From an uncultured Actinomycetes bacterium (GTDB lineage: Bacteria; Actinomycetota; Thermoleophilia; RBG-16-64-13), in NCBI GenBank assembly GCA_963706025.1, contig CAVPLM010000005.1, forward strand, positions 992,001 through 1,056,000: 64,000 nucleotides of DNA, read 5' to 3'. Position numbers and translations under genes: made by a program. This document shows, piece by piece, positions 30,685-40,311 of this stretch. The notes beneath the pieces were generated by a model that saw nothing but the letters and a program-made list of their open reading frames with translations, had not been told where the DNA came from and ran no database searches. Every line of letters starts with the position of its first letter. The stretch's first letter is position 1.

Positions 30685-31318
30685 CTAGCTCACCCCCAGT
30701 ACTCTCTTGGCGACGATGACCCCGTCTTGAGCGGTCCTACAGTAGACGTCGGCGCCCACGTAGTCGCAGGTGGCCTGATCCACCGGTCCGCCGCCAATCA
30801 AGATGGTGACCTGGTCTCTAAGGCCGGCGGCTTTGATGGCCCCGATGGTCTCTTTCATGTCGTCAAAGACGGTGGTCAGAAGACAGCTCAGGCCCACCAG
30901 CTCCGGACGGTGTTCTCGTATGGCCTGGACGAAGGCCTCGGTGCTCCACGCTCACCCCCAGGTCGATAACCCGGATGCCGTTAGAGGTCATGATGGTTCC
31001 CACGATGTCTTTCCCGAAGTCGTGAATGTCGTTTTTGACCGTACCTAAGACCAGGGTGCCCACCGTGCTCAGGGCGGCGCTCTTTAAGCCCTCCTGCAAG
31101 GGAGCTCCGGCTTTCTTAAAGATGTCGGCCGCGTAGATGAGCTCGGAGAGGAAGTACTCTTCACCTTCGAACCTCTCCCCTACGATGTTCATACCGGCCT
31201 GGAGCTCTTCTAAGATGGAAAGCGCCTCTTCCCCGGAAGAGAGCTTCTCCTCGACCAGCCTGATGGCGGTAGCTTCATCAAGATCGCCCAGGGCTTGGGC
31301 GAGGGGTGAGGTGGACAT
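30685..31318 (-). CDS. Corrinoid (B12-binding) protein, frameshift near 30940
   Basis: Cap domain GMNIVGERFE..YFLSEL, DIHDFGK (DxHxxG), GLSCLLT, IGGG. Confidence 0.9.
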
Positions 31319-31617
31319 GGCTTGCCACCTTTCGTGCTCCTGTGCCTACATCGCTAGGGCGGTCTGCTCCATGCAACTCCGAGGGGAGAGTATCAGATAT
31401 GAACACGGGTACGCAGTCAGACCACGGTAGAGGGCCATGACGCGCGTCGCACCGTCGGCGGGCAGCAAGGTTGCCCGTAACCTCCGGATCGAGTAGCCGG
31501 ACTTTGCGGGAGTACGTTGGCGGCTTTCCGGGAACAAACCGCACACCACCGCGCCGGATGCTCAGTCTGGTCGCTGACTGCGGAAAGGATGAAGTTCGTT
31601 TTCCCCGGAATGCCTAC

Positions 31618-31778
31618 AACTCGTTTCAAAATGAAGCCGCGGCCGCCTAGTGCACCCTGGACGGCACGACTGTACGTCCTCGGTCGCGCAAATAGCGCTG
31701 CTATTTACGCTCCCTGCGTTCTTCTCTCGCGCTCGCCCAGGGCGTCCCTGACGGCGGACCTTCATTTTGAAACGAGTT
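31618..31778. mobile_element. MITE-like element, 161 bp, with perfect 19-bp terminal inverted repeats
   Basis: AACTCGTTTCAAAATGAAG (31618-31636) and CTTCATTTTGAAACGAGTT (31760-31778). The interior is self-complementary and has no transposase. Confidence 0.75.
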
Positions 31779-31825
31779 CTTGGTCGCGATGGTGCTGCTG
31801 CATCAGTCCGAGAGAGGGAGAAGCC

Positions 31826-32247
31826 ATGAAAGGGAGCAACAGCGAGAGCCGAACGGGGCAGGGGACGGCATCGGCACGGTTGGTCGCCGGCAAAGAGGCC
31901 AGGAAACGAGTGCCCAGGGGAAGCCACGGCGAATGGAGCCCGGCGATCGCAACTGGTCCTTGATGCGTGGAACGATTATCTGGCCAGCCTCTTGCCGGGA
32001 CCGTCCGCTCTGGAGCGCTATCTTCCCAAGCGTAGAGTAGGGGCGCCGGCGACAAGGATAGTGACCGGACAGCGGCTGATGCAGGCAACGAACGACATAT
32101 TCCTCGGCCTACATCGGGACCGGCGACCGGTTCGCGCAGGCGATCGCGGACTTCGCCGTCATTTACGCCGACCAGACCGAGAAGGACCATCAGGCGCTCC
32201 AGAAAGCCATAGAATCGGGCCGGATCGCGGCCGAGACCGGGATCTGA
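31826..32247 (+). pseudogene. Internally deleted DUF2252 family gene
   Basis: N-terminal GKEARKRVPRGSHGEW, middle AGPSALERYL and IVTGQRLMQATNDIFLG, and C-terminal FAQAIADFAVIYADQTEKDHQALQKAIESGRIAAETGI*, all within ~420 bp and in different frames. Confidence 0.75.
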
Positions 32248-32358
32248 CCGGGCGCCGGGCTTGCAGGCGAAGGTTCACGTGCGTAAACTCGCGTCTTGCG
32301 GCAAGAATGCCGCCTTCCAGGCCTATCCCAGGCGTCCAGGAAGAAAAGGAGAGTCGAG

Positions 32359-34608
32359 TTGGAGACTACCGATCAGGTGAATCCTCAGACGGCGACTGAC
32401 CAGAACACCGAGCCCGAGCCGGATCGGCAGAGCCCGGCGGCGAGCGACACCGATGCCAAAGTGGTCGACCTGACCAGCCCATCACTGCTCGTCAACCGGG
32501 AGATAAGCCAGCTGCGCTTCTTCGACAGAGTGCTGGAAGAGGCGGAGGACGAATCGGTCCCTCTTCTTGAGCGGATCAAGTTCCTCAGCATCTTGGGCTC
32601 GATCATGTCCGAGTTCTTCATGGTGAGAGTGGCCGGCCTCAAGCAGCAGGTCGCGGCCGGCGTCACCTCACGCTCGCCCGATGGGCTGACTCCGAGCGAG
32701 CAACTGGCCGCCATCCGGCCCATGGTCCAACGCTTGATGGACGGCGCTCGCAGCTGCTTCCACCAGGTTCTTGACGAACTCGGCCAAGAGGGCATGTGCA
32801 TCGTCGACTACGAGATGTTGGATGAGGATCAGAAGGCCAGGGCACAGTCCTACTTCCAGGACAATATCTTCCCGGTCCTCACCCCCCTGGCCTACGATCC
32901 CTCGCGGCCCTTCCCCTTCATTTCGAACATGAGCCTGAACCTCGCCGTCATTGTGAAGGATGATGATGGGAACGAGAGGTTCGCCCGTGTGAAGGTGCCG
33001 AGCACCTTGCCGCGACTGATCCCGGTTTCGGCGCAGGCCGACGCTACCGGCCCAGGGCAGCGAGCCCGGCGACCGCGTTCGAACAAAGGAGACGGCGGAG
33101 TCCCCCGGGGGGAGAGTGAAGGCGCCTGCCTGGTCTGGCTCGAGCAGGTTGTTGCCGCTTACTTGGCCGAGCTGTTCCCGGGTCTGGAGATCGTCGACTC
33201 GCACCTCTTCCGCGTCACCCGCGATGCCGACATCGAGATCCAGGAGCTGGAAGCGTCGGATCTGCTCGAGACGGTGGAGTACTTCGTCCGCCGCAGACGT
33301 TTTGGTTCGGTGGTGAGGCTCGTCATCGACCAGCGGATGCCCGAGTACATCCAGTCCATCCTCACCAAGAACCTCCGGGTCGGCCCAGAGGATGTATATC
33401 AGGTCGATCTTCCACTCGCGATGAGCAACCTGGGTACCCTTTACGGCCACAACCGGCCCGATCTCAAGGATTTCTCGTTCGTCCCCAGGGACCCTGTCGG
33501 CCTGGAAGAAGTGGAGGGAACCGGTGTCTTCGCTTCCATCAGGCGACAGGACATCTTGTTGCATCATCCGTTCGAGTCGTTCGAGCCGGTCGTTGAGTTC
33601 CTGGAGACGGCCGCCTGCGACCCGGACGTGCTGGCGATCAAGCAGACCCTCTACAGGGTGGGACGCAACTCCCCCGTGGTCGCCGCTCTACTCGAAGCGG
33701 CTCGCAACGGGAAAGAGGTCGCGGTGCTGGTGGAACTCAAAGCGCGCTTTGACGAAGAGAGCAACATCGAGTGGGCCAGAGCGCTCGAGCGAGAAGGAGT
33801 GCACGTCGTCTACGGACCGCTGAAGATGAAGGTCCACTCCAAGACGACGCTTGTCGTGCGCCGGGAGGGAGATGAGATCCGCCGCTACGTCCACCTGTCG
33901 ACAGGGAACTACAACGCGGTGACCGCGCTGCAGTACACAGACCTGGGGTTCTTCACCTGCAAGGAGGAGTTCGGCGAGGACGCAAGCGACCTGTTCAACT
34001 ACCTGACCGGCTATTCGAAGCATCAGGAATACCGCAAGCTGATCGTCGCTCCTTTCAGCCTGCGTGGACGGATGGAAGCCCTCATCAGGAGAGAGATGGC
34101 GTTCGCGGAGCGGGGAGAAGAAGCCCGGCTGATCTTCAAGATCAATTCGTTGGTCGACAGGAGGATGATCGCCCTGCTTTACGAGGCTTCACGGGCAGGC
34201 GTGAAATGCGACCTTCTCGTGCGCGGGATCTGTTGCCTCCGCCCAGGAGTACCCGGGGTGAGCGACAACATCACGGTGAAAAGCATCGTCGGCCGGTTCC
34301 TGGAGCACAGCCGTATCTATCACTTCCTCAACGGCGGTGCTGAGGAGTGCTACCTGGGCAGCGCCGACCTCATGCCCAGGAATATCGAGCGCAGAGTCGA
34401 GGTCCTTTTCCCGGTCGAGGATCCGGCGCTCGTCCGCCGGCTGCGCCGCGAGATCCTCGAGACCTATATGCGGGACAACATGAAGGCGCGGATCATGCTG
34501 CCGGACGGACAATACGAACGCGCCTATCGTTCGCCGGACGAACAGGCTGTCGGTAGTCAGGAATGGTTCATCCTGAACGGGTCCCAGCAGAGCGGCCAGG
34601 TCTGGTAG
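32359..34608 (+). CDS. ppk1: Polyphosphate kinase 1
   Basis: NREISQLRF, EFFMVRVAGL, HHPFESF, KQTLYR, ELKARFDEE, KVHSK, STGNYN, GRFLEHSR, GSADLMPRN. Confidence 0.97.
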   Translation: METTDQVNPQTATDQNTEPEPDRQSPAASDTDAKVVDLTSPSLLVNREISQLRFFDRVLEEAEDESVPLLERIKFLSILGSIMSEFFMVRVAGLKQQVAAGVTSRSPDGLTPSEQLAAIRPMVQRLMDGARSCFHQVLDELGQEGMCIVDYEMLDEDQKARAQSYFQDNIFPVLTPLAYDPSRPFPFISNMSLNLAVIVKDDDGNERFARVKVPSTLPRLIPVSAQADATGPGQRARRPRSNKGDGGVPRGESEGACLVWLEQVVAAYLAELFPGLEIVDSHLFRVTRDADIEIQELEASDLLETVEYFVRRRRFGSVVRLVIDQRMPEYIQSILTKNLRVGPEDVYQVDLPLAMSNLGTLYGHNRPDLKDFSFVPRDPVGLEEVEGTGVFASIRRQDILLHHPFESFEPVVEFLETAACDPDVLAIKQTLYRVGRNSPVVAALLEAARNGKEVAVLVELKARFDEESNIEWARALEREGVHVVYGPLKMKVHSKTTLVVRREGDEIRRYVHLSTGNYNAVTALQYTDLGFFTCKEEFGEDASDLFNYLTGYSKHQEYRKLIVAPFSLRGRMEALIRREMAFAERGEEARLIFKINSLVDRRMIALLYEASRAGVKCDLLVRGICCLRPGVPGVSDNITVKSIVGRFLEHSRIYHFLNGGAEECYLGSADLMPRNIERRVEVLFPVEDPALVRRLRREILETYMRDNMKARIMLPDGQYERAYRSPDEQAVGSQEWFILNGSQQSGQVW

Positions 34609-34671
34609 TCGAGGTCCGACCAAGTCGGCCCACGCATCGGGAGCCGACCTTGGGGCTCAGAAAGGACAGCC

Positions 34672-35148
34672 GTGGAACTGTATTTCTTGAGACACGCGAA
34701 AGCCGTGTCACGCGCCGTCTGGGATCGTGACGACTCGGAGCGCCCGCTCACCGAACAAGGATGCGAGCAGGCGGCACGCGTGGCCGGCTTCATCGCCAGA
34801 CTCGGCCTCGCGATCGATGCTATCGTGAGCAGCCCGTACAAACGCGCCTACGAGACCGCCGACATCATGGCCCAGCACCTGAACATGCGGGACAGACTCG
34901 TCTCAGACGAACGCGTGGCTCCAGGCTTCCACCTGGAGGAGCTCGCCGACATCCTGCAAGACCATCCCGATGCAGGGGCAGCCATGTTCGTGGGCCATGA
35001 GCCCGACCTTTCCGACATCGTCGCCCAGCTTGTGGGGGGCCGGGTCGTTTTCAAGAAGGGGGGAATAGCGTACGTTGAATGTGCTGACGCGTCTCTCAAG
35101 AAGGCTACGCTCGTTTGGCTGGTTCAGCCGTCGGCCCTGGGGGTCTGA
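34672..35148 (+). CDS. sixA: Phosphohistidine phosphatase SixA family
   Basis: LRHAKA, RPLT..G, SSPYKRAYETA, VGHEP. Confidence 0.9.
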   Translation: MELYFLRHAKAVSRAVWDRDDSERPLTEQGCEQAARVAGFIARLGLAIDAIVSSPYKRAYETADIMAQHLNMRDRLVSDERVAPGFHLEELADILQDHPDAGAAMFVGHEPDLSDIVAQLVGGRVVFKKGGIAYVECADASLKKATLVWLVQPSALGV

Positions 35149-35149
35149 G

Positions 35150-36954
35150 ATGGAGATCGAAGCGAAATTCCGGGCTCCAGACGCAGACATGCTGGAGCGG
35201 TTGGGTGAAGCCACGCATCTGGCTGGATATCCGATCTTTGCCGGACGCACGGAGCAGTTGAGCGACACCTACTTGGACACAGAGCGTTGGCAGATGTTAA
35301 CGGCGGGTTACGCCTGCCGCCGACGCCTGGTCGAAGACCATATCCTCATCTCGGTGAAACAGGTCCTCAGCCCCGAAGACGTGGTGCATCGGCGCGAGGA
35401 ACTCCAGGTAGACCTTGCTGCGGATGTCCCTCCTTCGGAGTGGCCGGAGAGTGAGGCGCGGACCAGGGTCCTGGAGATCATAGGCGATCAGCCTCTGATC
35501 GAGATGCTCTCTCTCCGCCAGACCCGCTCGACCCGCTGGGTGGGCACGATCGACCGTCCGCTGGCCGAGATCAGCCTCGATGAAGTGAATCTGGAGCCGT
35601 CGGGGACTGTCTACCACGAGGTGGAAGTGGAGCTCATGCAGGCCGGCACGGAAGCCGACTTGGCCGCCCTGGTGGGCGAGCTGCGGACCGAGTGGTCGTT
35701 GGAGCCCGAGCCTCTGTCGAAATTCGAGAGGGCCTTCGCGGCCTCAGGGCACGGTCCTGTCCCCGAAGCCGCACAAGAAGCTCCGGAGGACGTCTCCGAG
35801 GTCGTCAGCGAGACGCCGCCCGCAGAGGTGGACGAGACGCCGCCCGTAGAGGTGGACGAGACGCCGCCCGCAGAGGTGGACAGACGCCGCCCGAAGAGGT
35901 CGCTGAACCGGCAACCGGGCGCACGCGCAGAAAGGACCGCCGCGGACGATTCCTTGGGGACGGCCTCGAAACCCTGACGAAACCCGGTCTCAGCGCCGAT
36001 GACGCCATGAGCGCGGCGGCCAACAAGCTCCTGCTCTTCCACCTCCAGCGGATGATGATGCACGAGCCGGGCACACGCGACGGGGAGGACGCGGAAGAAC
36101 TGCACGACATGAGGGTGGCGACCCGGCGGATGCGAGCGGCGTTGCGAGTGTTCGCCGACTATCTGGACTCCGCTGAATACAAGCCATTCCTGCGGCTCGT
36201 GCGCAAGACCGGCCGCGAGTTGGGCGCCGTCCGCGATCTCGATGTCTTCCGGATAAAGACACAGCTCTACATCGATTCCCTACCCCCTGAGGAGCAGTCG
36301 GGGCTCGACCCACTCATGCAAGCGTGGGCCGGGGAGCGGGAAAGGGCCCGCGGGGAATTGATCGAATACCTCGACAGCGATCGCTACCAGCGTTTCAAGG
36401 AGAAGTTCGAGCACTTTCTCCGTACCCCCGGCGCTGGTGCCGGGCCCGCCTTCGGAGCAGCCGGGGAGCCGCTTCCCACCCTGGTAGGCGACGTGCTCCC
36501 CGCGATCCTTTTCGAACGACTGTCCGGCGTGAGGGCTTTCGACCAGGTGATCACCCAGCCCGATGCCCCCCTGTCCCGTTTCCACGAGCTCCGCATAGCC
36601 AGCAAGGGACTCCGCTACACGCTGGAGTTCTTCCAGGAAGTGCTGGGGCCCGACAGCAAGCCGCTGATCGAGACGACGAAGGTCGTCCAGGACCACCTGG
36701 GAGACCTGCAAGATGCCGTGGTCACCTGCGACGTGTTGCTGGGTTTCCTTGGATCGGGCACCTGGGGACCGCCGCGTCTGACCAGGAAGGAGGGCCGCTC
36801 GCCGTTCCCGGTGAACGCTCCCGGGGTGGCCGCGTTTCTCGCCGTGAAGCAGACGGAGATCGAGACACTCATGGGGACCTTCGGACCGGTCTGGGACGAG
36901 ATCCGGTCCTCGAAGTTCAGCCAGCCGCTTTCCTCACTCCTCGGGGCTCTCTGA
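35150..36954 (+). CDS. CYTH-CHAD domain protein, frameshift at ~35882
   Basis: N-terminal EIEAKF, DTYLDT, EVEVEL and SKFER (CYTH), then LHDMRVATRRMR, LGAVRDLDV, HELRIASKGLRY and QDHLGDLQD (CHAD). Confidence 0.88.
35810..35902 (+). repeat. 24-bp tandem repeat, three full copies plus one degenerate (ETPPAEVD)
   Basis: GAGACGCCGCCCG(C/T)AGAGGTGGAC three times. The fourth copy lacks its first G. Confidence 0.9.
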
Positions 36955-38581
36955 CCGCGACCGGTAGGAACTCGATCGCCGAAGTGGACGGGCAAGGATG
37001 GGAGGATCCATCGACCTCGACCGTCAGCCTGCGGCCAAGAGCCTTCTCGACTGCTTTCGCCCGGGTTTCGATGCCCCAAAGTTCGAGCTGACCGTCCCCG
37101 CTCAGCTCTAACTGGAGAACCAGCCCCTTGGGGTCCAGGGCGCTCAGGCGCGCGTGTTTGACCACTCTCTGGTGGCTCCGGTCAAGGCCCTCCACCAAGC
37201 GGACGATCAAGCTGAGCCAGCCCACCAGCCTGCGCGCATCCTTGTCCAGCGAAGCATAGCCGGGTTTCTTGGCGCTGGGGAGTCCCTTGCGATGGAATAG
37301 TGCGGTCAGAGCCATGATCTCGATCTCCTGCTGATAGAAGCCGAGGAGATCGGCGTTACGGATCAGGTAATAGGAGTGCAGGTGGTGGTTGCCGTAAGAG
37401 AGGAAGGAACCGACGTCATGCAAAAGGGCGCCGTGGAAGAGGAGCTCGCGCTCCCACTCGCCATACTCGTGCAGACCGGCGTCACGAGCGCTGTCGAAGA
37501 GCTCGAGGGCGAGCCTTACTGCGTTACGCGCGTGCAACTCGTCGAAGTTGCAGGTCCGCCCCAGCTGAAGAACGCTTCGTTCTCGCACGGATAGCCGCTC
37601 CACATCATGGGAGCCCTGAGCCAGGTAATCCACCAGCATGCCTTCCCGGAGGCCCCCCTCGCGGATCACCCGGATCTCGGAAAAGCCCAATTCTTCGAGA
37701 AGCGTCTCCAGGATGGCCGCCCCACTGACGATGATGTCCGCTCGGTCCGGGTTGAGCCCGGAAACTCGACGGCGCTCGTCGAGAGTCATCGCGCAGAGCA
37801 TCGCCGATACCCGGCGAAGATCCGCTAGGGTGAGGAGATCCTCGCTTCCTTGAGCTCCGCGGGCCAGCGCGCGTGCCGCAACGGACGCCAGATTCTGGAT
37901 CGTCCCTGAACTGCCGAAGGCCATATCGGTGCCCAGCCGTCTCACGTGTTGCGTGGTGTGGATGGCCGCGTGACGAACGTGCTGCCGGAGCATCTGATAA
38001 CGCTCTGGAGAGACCGGCAGCGTCTCGTCCGCGCTCAGCAGTCTCGCCGTGAGTCTCACCGCACCTACACCGATCGAGTCCAGGTACTCGTACTGGTGCT
38101 GTCCACCGACGACGACCTCTGTGCTGCCGCCCCCGATATCCAGAAAGACAGCTTTCATGCTGCCAAGATGGACGAACTGGGTCAAACCCGAGTAGATCAA
38201 GCGCGCCTCCTCCCTACCCGAGATGACGTGCACCTGAAGACCCGCTTCCTCTCTCAACCGCCGTAGGAACTCCTCCTTATTGACGGCCTCCCTCGTCGCC
38301 GAGGTGGCTACGGCCACGATCTCCTCTGCCCCGTGGGATCTCGCCAGCTCGACGAAGCGACGGCAAACGAGCACGGCCCGGTCGATGGGGTGGGGCTGCA
38401 GCTTCCGGTCGACGAACTCACCCTCCCCCAGCCGCACCGCCTCCCGTTGGGCCGTCACGACCGAATAGGAGTGGTTGGGAACGAGCCGGGCGACCAACAG
38501 GCGGATCGCGTTGGTGCCGATGTCGATGAAGCCGACCGTCCGGCTCACGGCTGCTTTGGACGTGATTCCTTGCTTGTCCAC
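36917..38581 (-). CDS. ppx: Ppx/GppA exopolyphosphatase with HD-like C-terminal domain
   Basis: IDIGTNAIRL, ATSATREA, ISGREEA, DIGGGSTE, RADII, GLREG, ALLHDVG. Confidence 0.93.
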   Translation of the reverse strand: MDKQGITSKAAVSRTVGFIDIGTNAIRLLVARLVPNHSYSVVTAQREAVRLGEGEFVDRKLQPHPIDRAVLVCRRFVELARSHGAEEIVAVATSATREAVNKEEFLRRLREEAGLQVHVISGREEARLIYSGLTQFVHLGSMKAVFLDIGGGSTEVVVGGQHQYEYLDSIGVGAVRLTARLLSADETLPVSPERYQMLRQHVRHAAIHTTQHVRRLGTDMAFGSSGTIQNLASVAARALARGAQGSEDLLTLADLRRVSAMLCAMTLDERRRVSGLNPDRADIIVSGAAILETLLEELGFSEIRVIREGGLREGMLVDYLAQGSHDVERLSVRERSVLQLGRTCNFDELHARNAVRLALELFDSARDAGLHEYGEWERELLFHGALLHDVGSFLSYGNHHLHSYYLIRNADLLGFYQQEIEIMALTALFHRKGLPSAKKPGYASLDKDARRLVGWLSLIVRLVEGLDRSHQRVVKHARLSALDPKGLVLQLELSGDGQLELWGIETRAKAVEKALGRRLTVEVDGSSHPCPSTSAIEFLPVAVREPRGVRKAAG

Positions 38582-38801
38582 GTCTCCCCTTCCTCCCGAT
38601 ATCGGCAGAAGGGACTTTGCAGCAAAAGACGCATTCCTGTGTTACAAAAGGGAAAAAACCTTGGAAAGATGTAGTTAACCCGGGCGTAGGCCCCGGCGGT
38701 TTTCGGACCGGATGTCTGTTGTCGGCCCGGGGCTTCGTTTGAACCGGCGGCTCCGCTGGAACTTATGCAGAGAAAGGTCATCTGATCAGGGCGGAGGACG
38801 C

Positions 38802-39182
38802 ATGAGCGGCGAAAAGCACTTCACTGCAGCAGAGGCGGCTGCGATCGGTGAGGAATTGGGCATCGACTGGAAGCACTTCGATGTCGAGCAGTTCCGCATG
38901 GGGATGGACGTGGAGCTGGAGCATGGACTGGTCGATCCGGAGACAAACGTCTCGCAGGACGATTCACTCGTGACCGGCAAGATCGCGCTGGCCCATTTGC
39001 GGGAATTCCCGGACTACTACGACCGCCTGGAAGCGATGGAAGTGGAGGCTGACGCCTTCTGGGCAGACGCCCAAGGCTCAGAGGCCGGGCAGTCCGCGGT
39101 GTGTTCTGACGAACAGCGCGAGGAAGGCCCAGAACAAGAGAGTTGCCCTACTGAGAGCTCGAGCACGAAGGAGAACAAAGTC
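38802..39182 (+). CDS. DUF5661-like domain plus an acidic linker, in frame with the encapsulin (no stop codon)
   Basis: RBS GGAGG, IGEELGIDW..FDVEQFRMGMDVELEHG..DPETNV..DD..TGKIALAHLREFPDYYDRL..ME. Confidence 0.8.
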
Positions 39183-39989
39183 ATGTCCGACTACCTGCAG
39201 AGAGAGGACGCGCCCTTCGGCAGCGAGGTATGGGAGCTCCTCGACTCCACCGTGGCCGGGGTTGCGATGAGCCAGTTGGCGGTGCGCCGCATCGTGGAGA
39301 CCGTAGGTCCCTATGGCTACGGATTCAAGCAGCTCCCCGGGAGTGACGAAGTGGTGGCCCAACAGGACGGCGTGAGCATCGCGGCCAGCCGGGCGATACC
39401 CGTCGTCGAGTTGTCGGCGAGTTTCGTCCTTCCTCGACGAGATCTTGCTGCGTTCAAGGCCACCCGGGTCAATCCGGACCTGGGACCGGCCGTGAAGGCG
39501 GCGTTGGCCATGGCCGCTCAAGAGGACCGGATCCTGCTTGAAGGTTCGAAGAAGAACGCCGCCACGGGTCTGACCAATACGGAGGGCATCTGCAAGGTGC
39601 CGCTCAGCGACTGGACGAAGGTCGGAGCGGCTGCGGACAACCTTATCGAAGCCGTGTCCGCTCTCGACAAGGCCGGTTTCCACGGGCCGTACACCCTCGC
39701 CATTGCTCCCGACAAATACAATCTTCTGTTCCGGAGGTACCCGCAGGCTGACGGGACCGAGCTCGAACACATACGCCAGCTGGTGACGGGTGGCATCGTC
39801 AAGGCGCCGGCTTTGAACTCCGGAGCGCTGCTTGTGGCTTCCGGTCCCCAGTATGTGGCCATCTTGGTCGGGCAGGATCTCCGGGTCGGTTTTGTCGGAC
39901 CGACCGCCGACCTCGGTTACGAGTTCACCCTGTCCGAGAGCTTCGCTCTCCAGGTATATGCGCCGGGCGCCGTCTGTCTGCTCAAATAG
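39183..39989 (+). CDS. Family 1 encapsulin nanocompartment shell protein (Linocin M18, HK97 fold), 268 aa from the internal ATG
   Basis: Own RBS AAGGAG, MSDYLQREDAPF..VW, RRIVETVGPYG, AAQEDRILLEG, GFHGPYTLA, VGQDLRVGF, LSESF. Confidence 0.92.
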   Translation: MSDYLQREDAPFGSEVWELLDSTVAGVAMSQLAVRRIVETVGPYGYGFKQLPGSDEVVAQQDGVSIAASRAIPVVELSASFVLPRRDLAAFKATRVNPDLGPAVKAALAMAAQEDRILLEGSKKNAATGLTNTEGICKVPLSDWTKVGAAADNLIEAVSALDKAGFHGPYTLAIAPDKYNLLFRRYPQADGTELEHIRQLVTGGIVKAPALNSGALLVASGPQYVAILVGQDLRVGFVGPTADLGYEFTLSESFALQVYAPGAVCLLK

Positions 39990-40196
39990 GAGCTACACCC
40001 AGGGGCATACATCCGCGAGTGGATGCGCTCGAGCGGACGAGGCGAGGCTGAAGCTGACGAACTGGGTCTGGAACCCCGGCCGGCGCGCAGGTAGCGCCCG
40101 CCGGGGTCCGTTTCGGTTCCCCGGGAAGTCCGAGGTCTGGCGGACCAGAGTGACCCCCGCCCGGACGAAAGCGGAGACCCGGCCCTCGGAAACGCC

Positions 40197-40202
40197 TATA
40201 AT
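40197..40202 (+). promoter_or_regulatory. Consensus -10 box (TATAAT) upstream of the corrinoid operon
   Basis: TATAAT about 110 nt before the start codon. No clear -35 box. Confidence 0.45.
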
Positions 40203-40311
40203 CAAGCGAGTCGGTCTCCCGGCGTCACCGGCAAGGCGACATGGCGACGCCGCCTGACCCCGCGGACACCAGTCCATCGCTGACCTAAACAGAGCACAAG
40301 GAGGACTGATC

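Noticed and set aside
32272-32289. GTTCAC/GTAAAC possible Pho or GlnR box upstream of ppk1
   Set aside because: The period is 10 nt rather than 11 and there are only two weak units, which is too little support.
35810-35902. Possible CRISPR array
   Set aside because: The repeats are head-to-tail with no spacers, are coding and in frame, and no cas genes are present.
40203-40311. Possible cobalamin riboswitch in the corrinoid operon leader
   Set aside because: No B12-box or GGGAA/GCCACTG motifs were found, only a generic GC hairpin.
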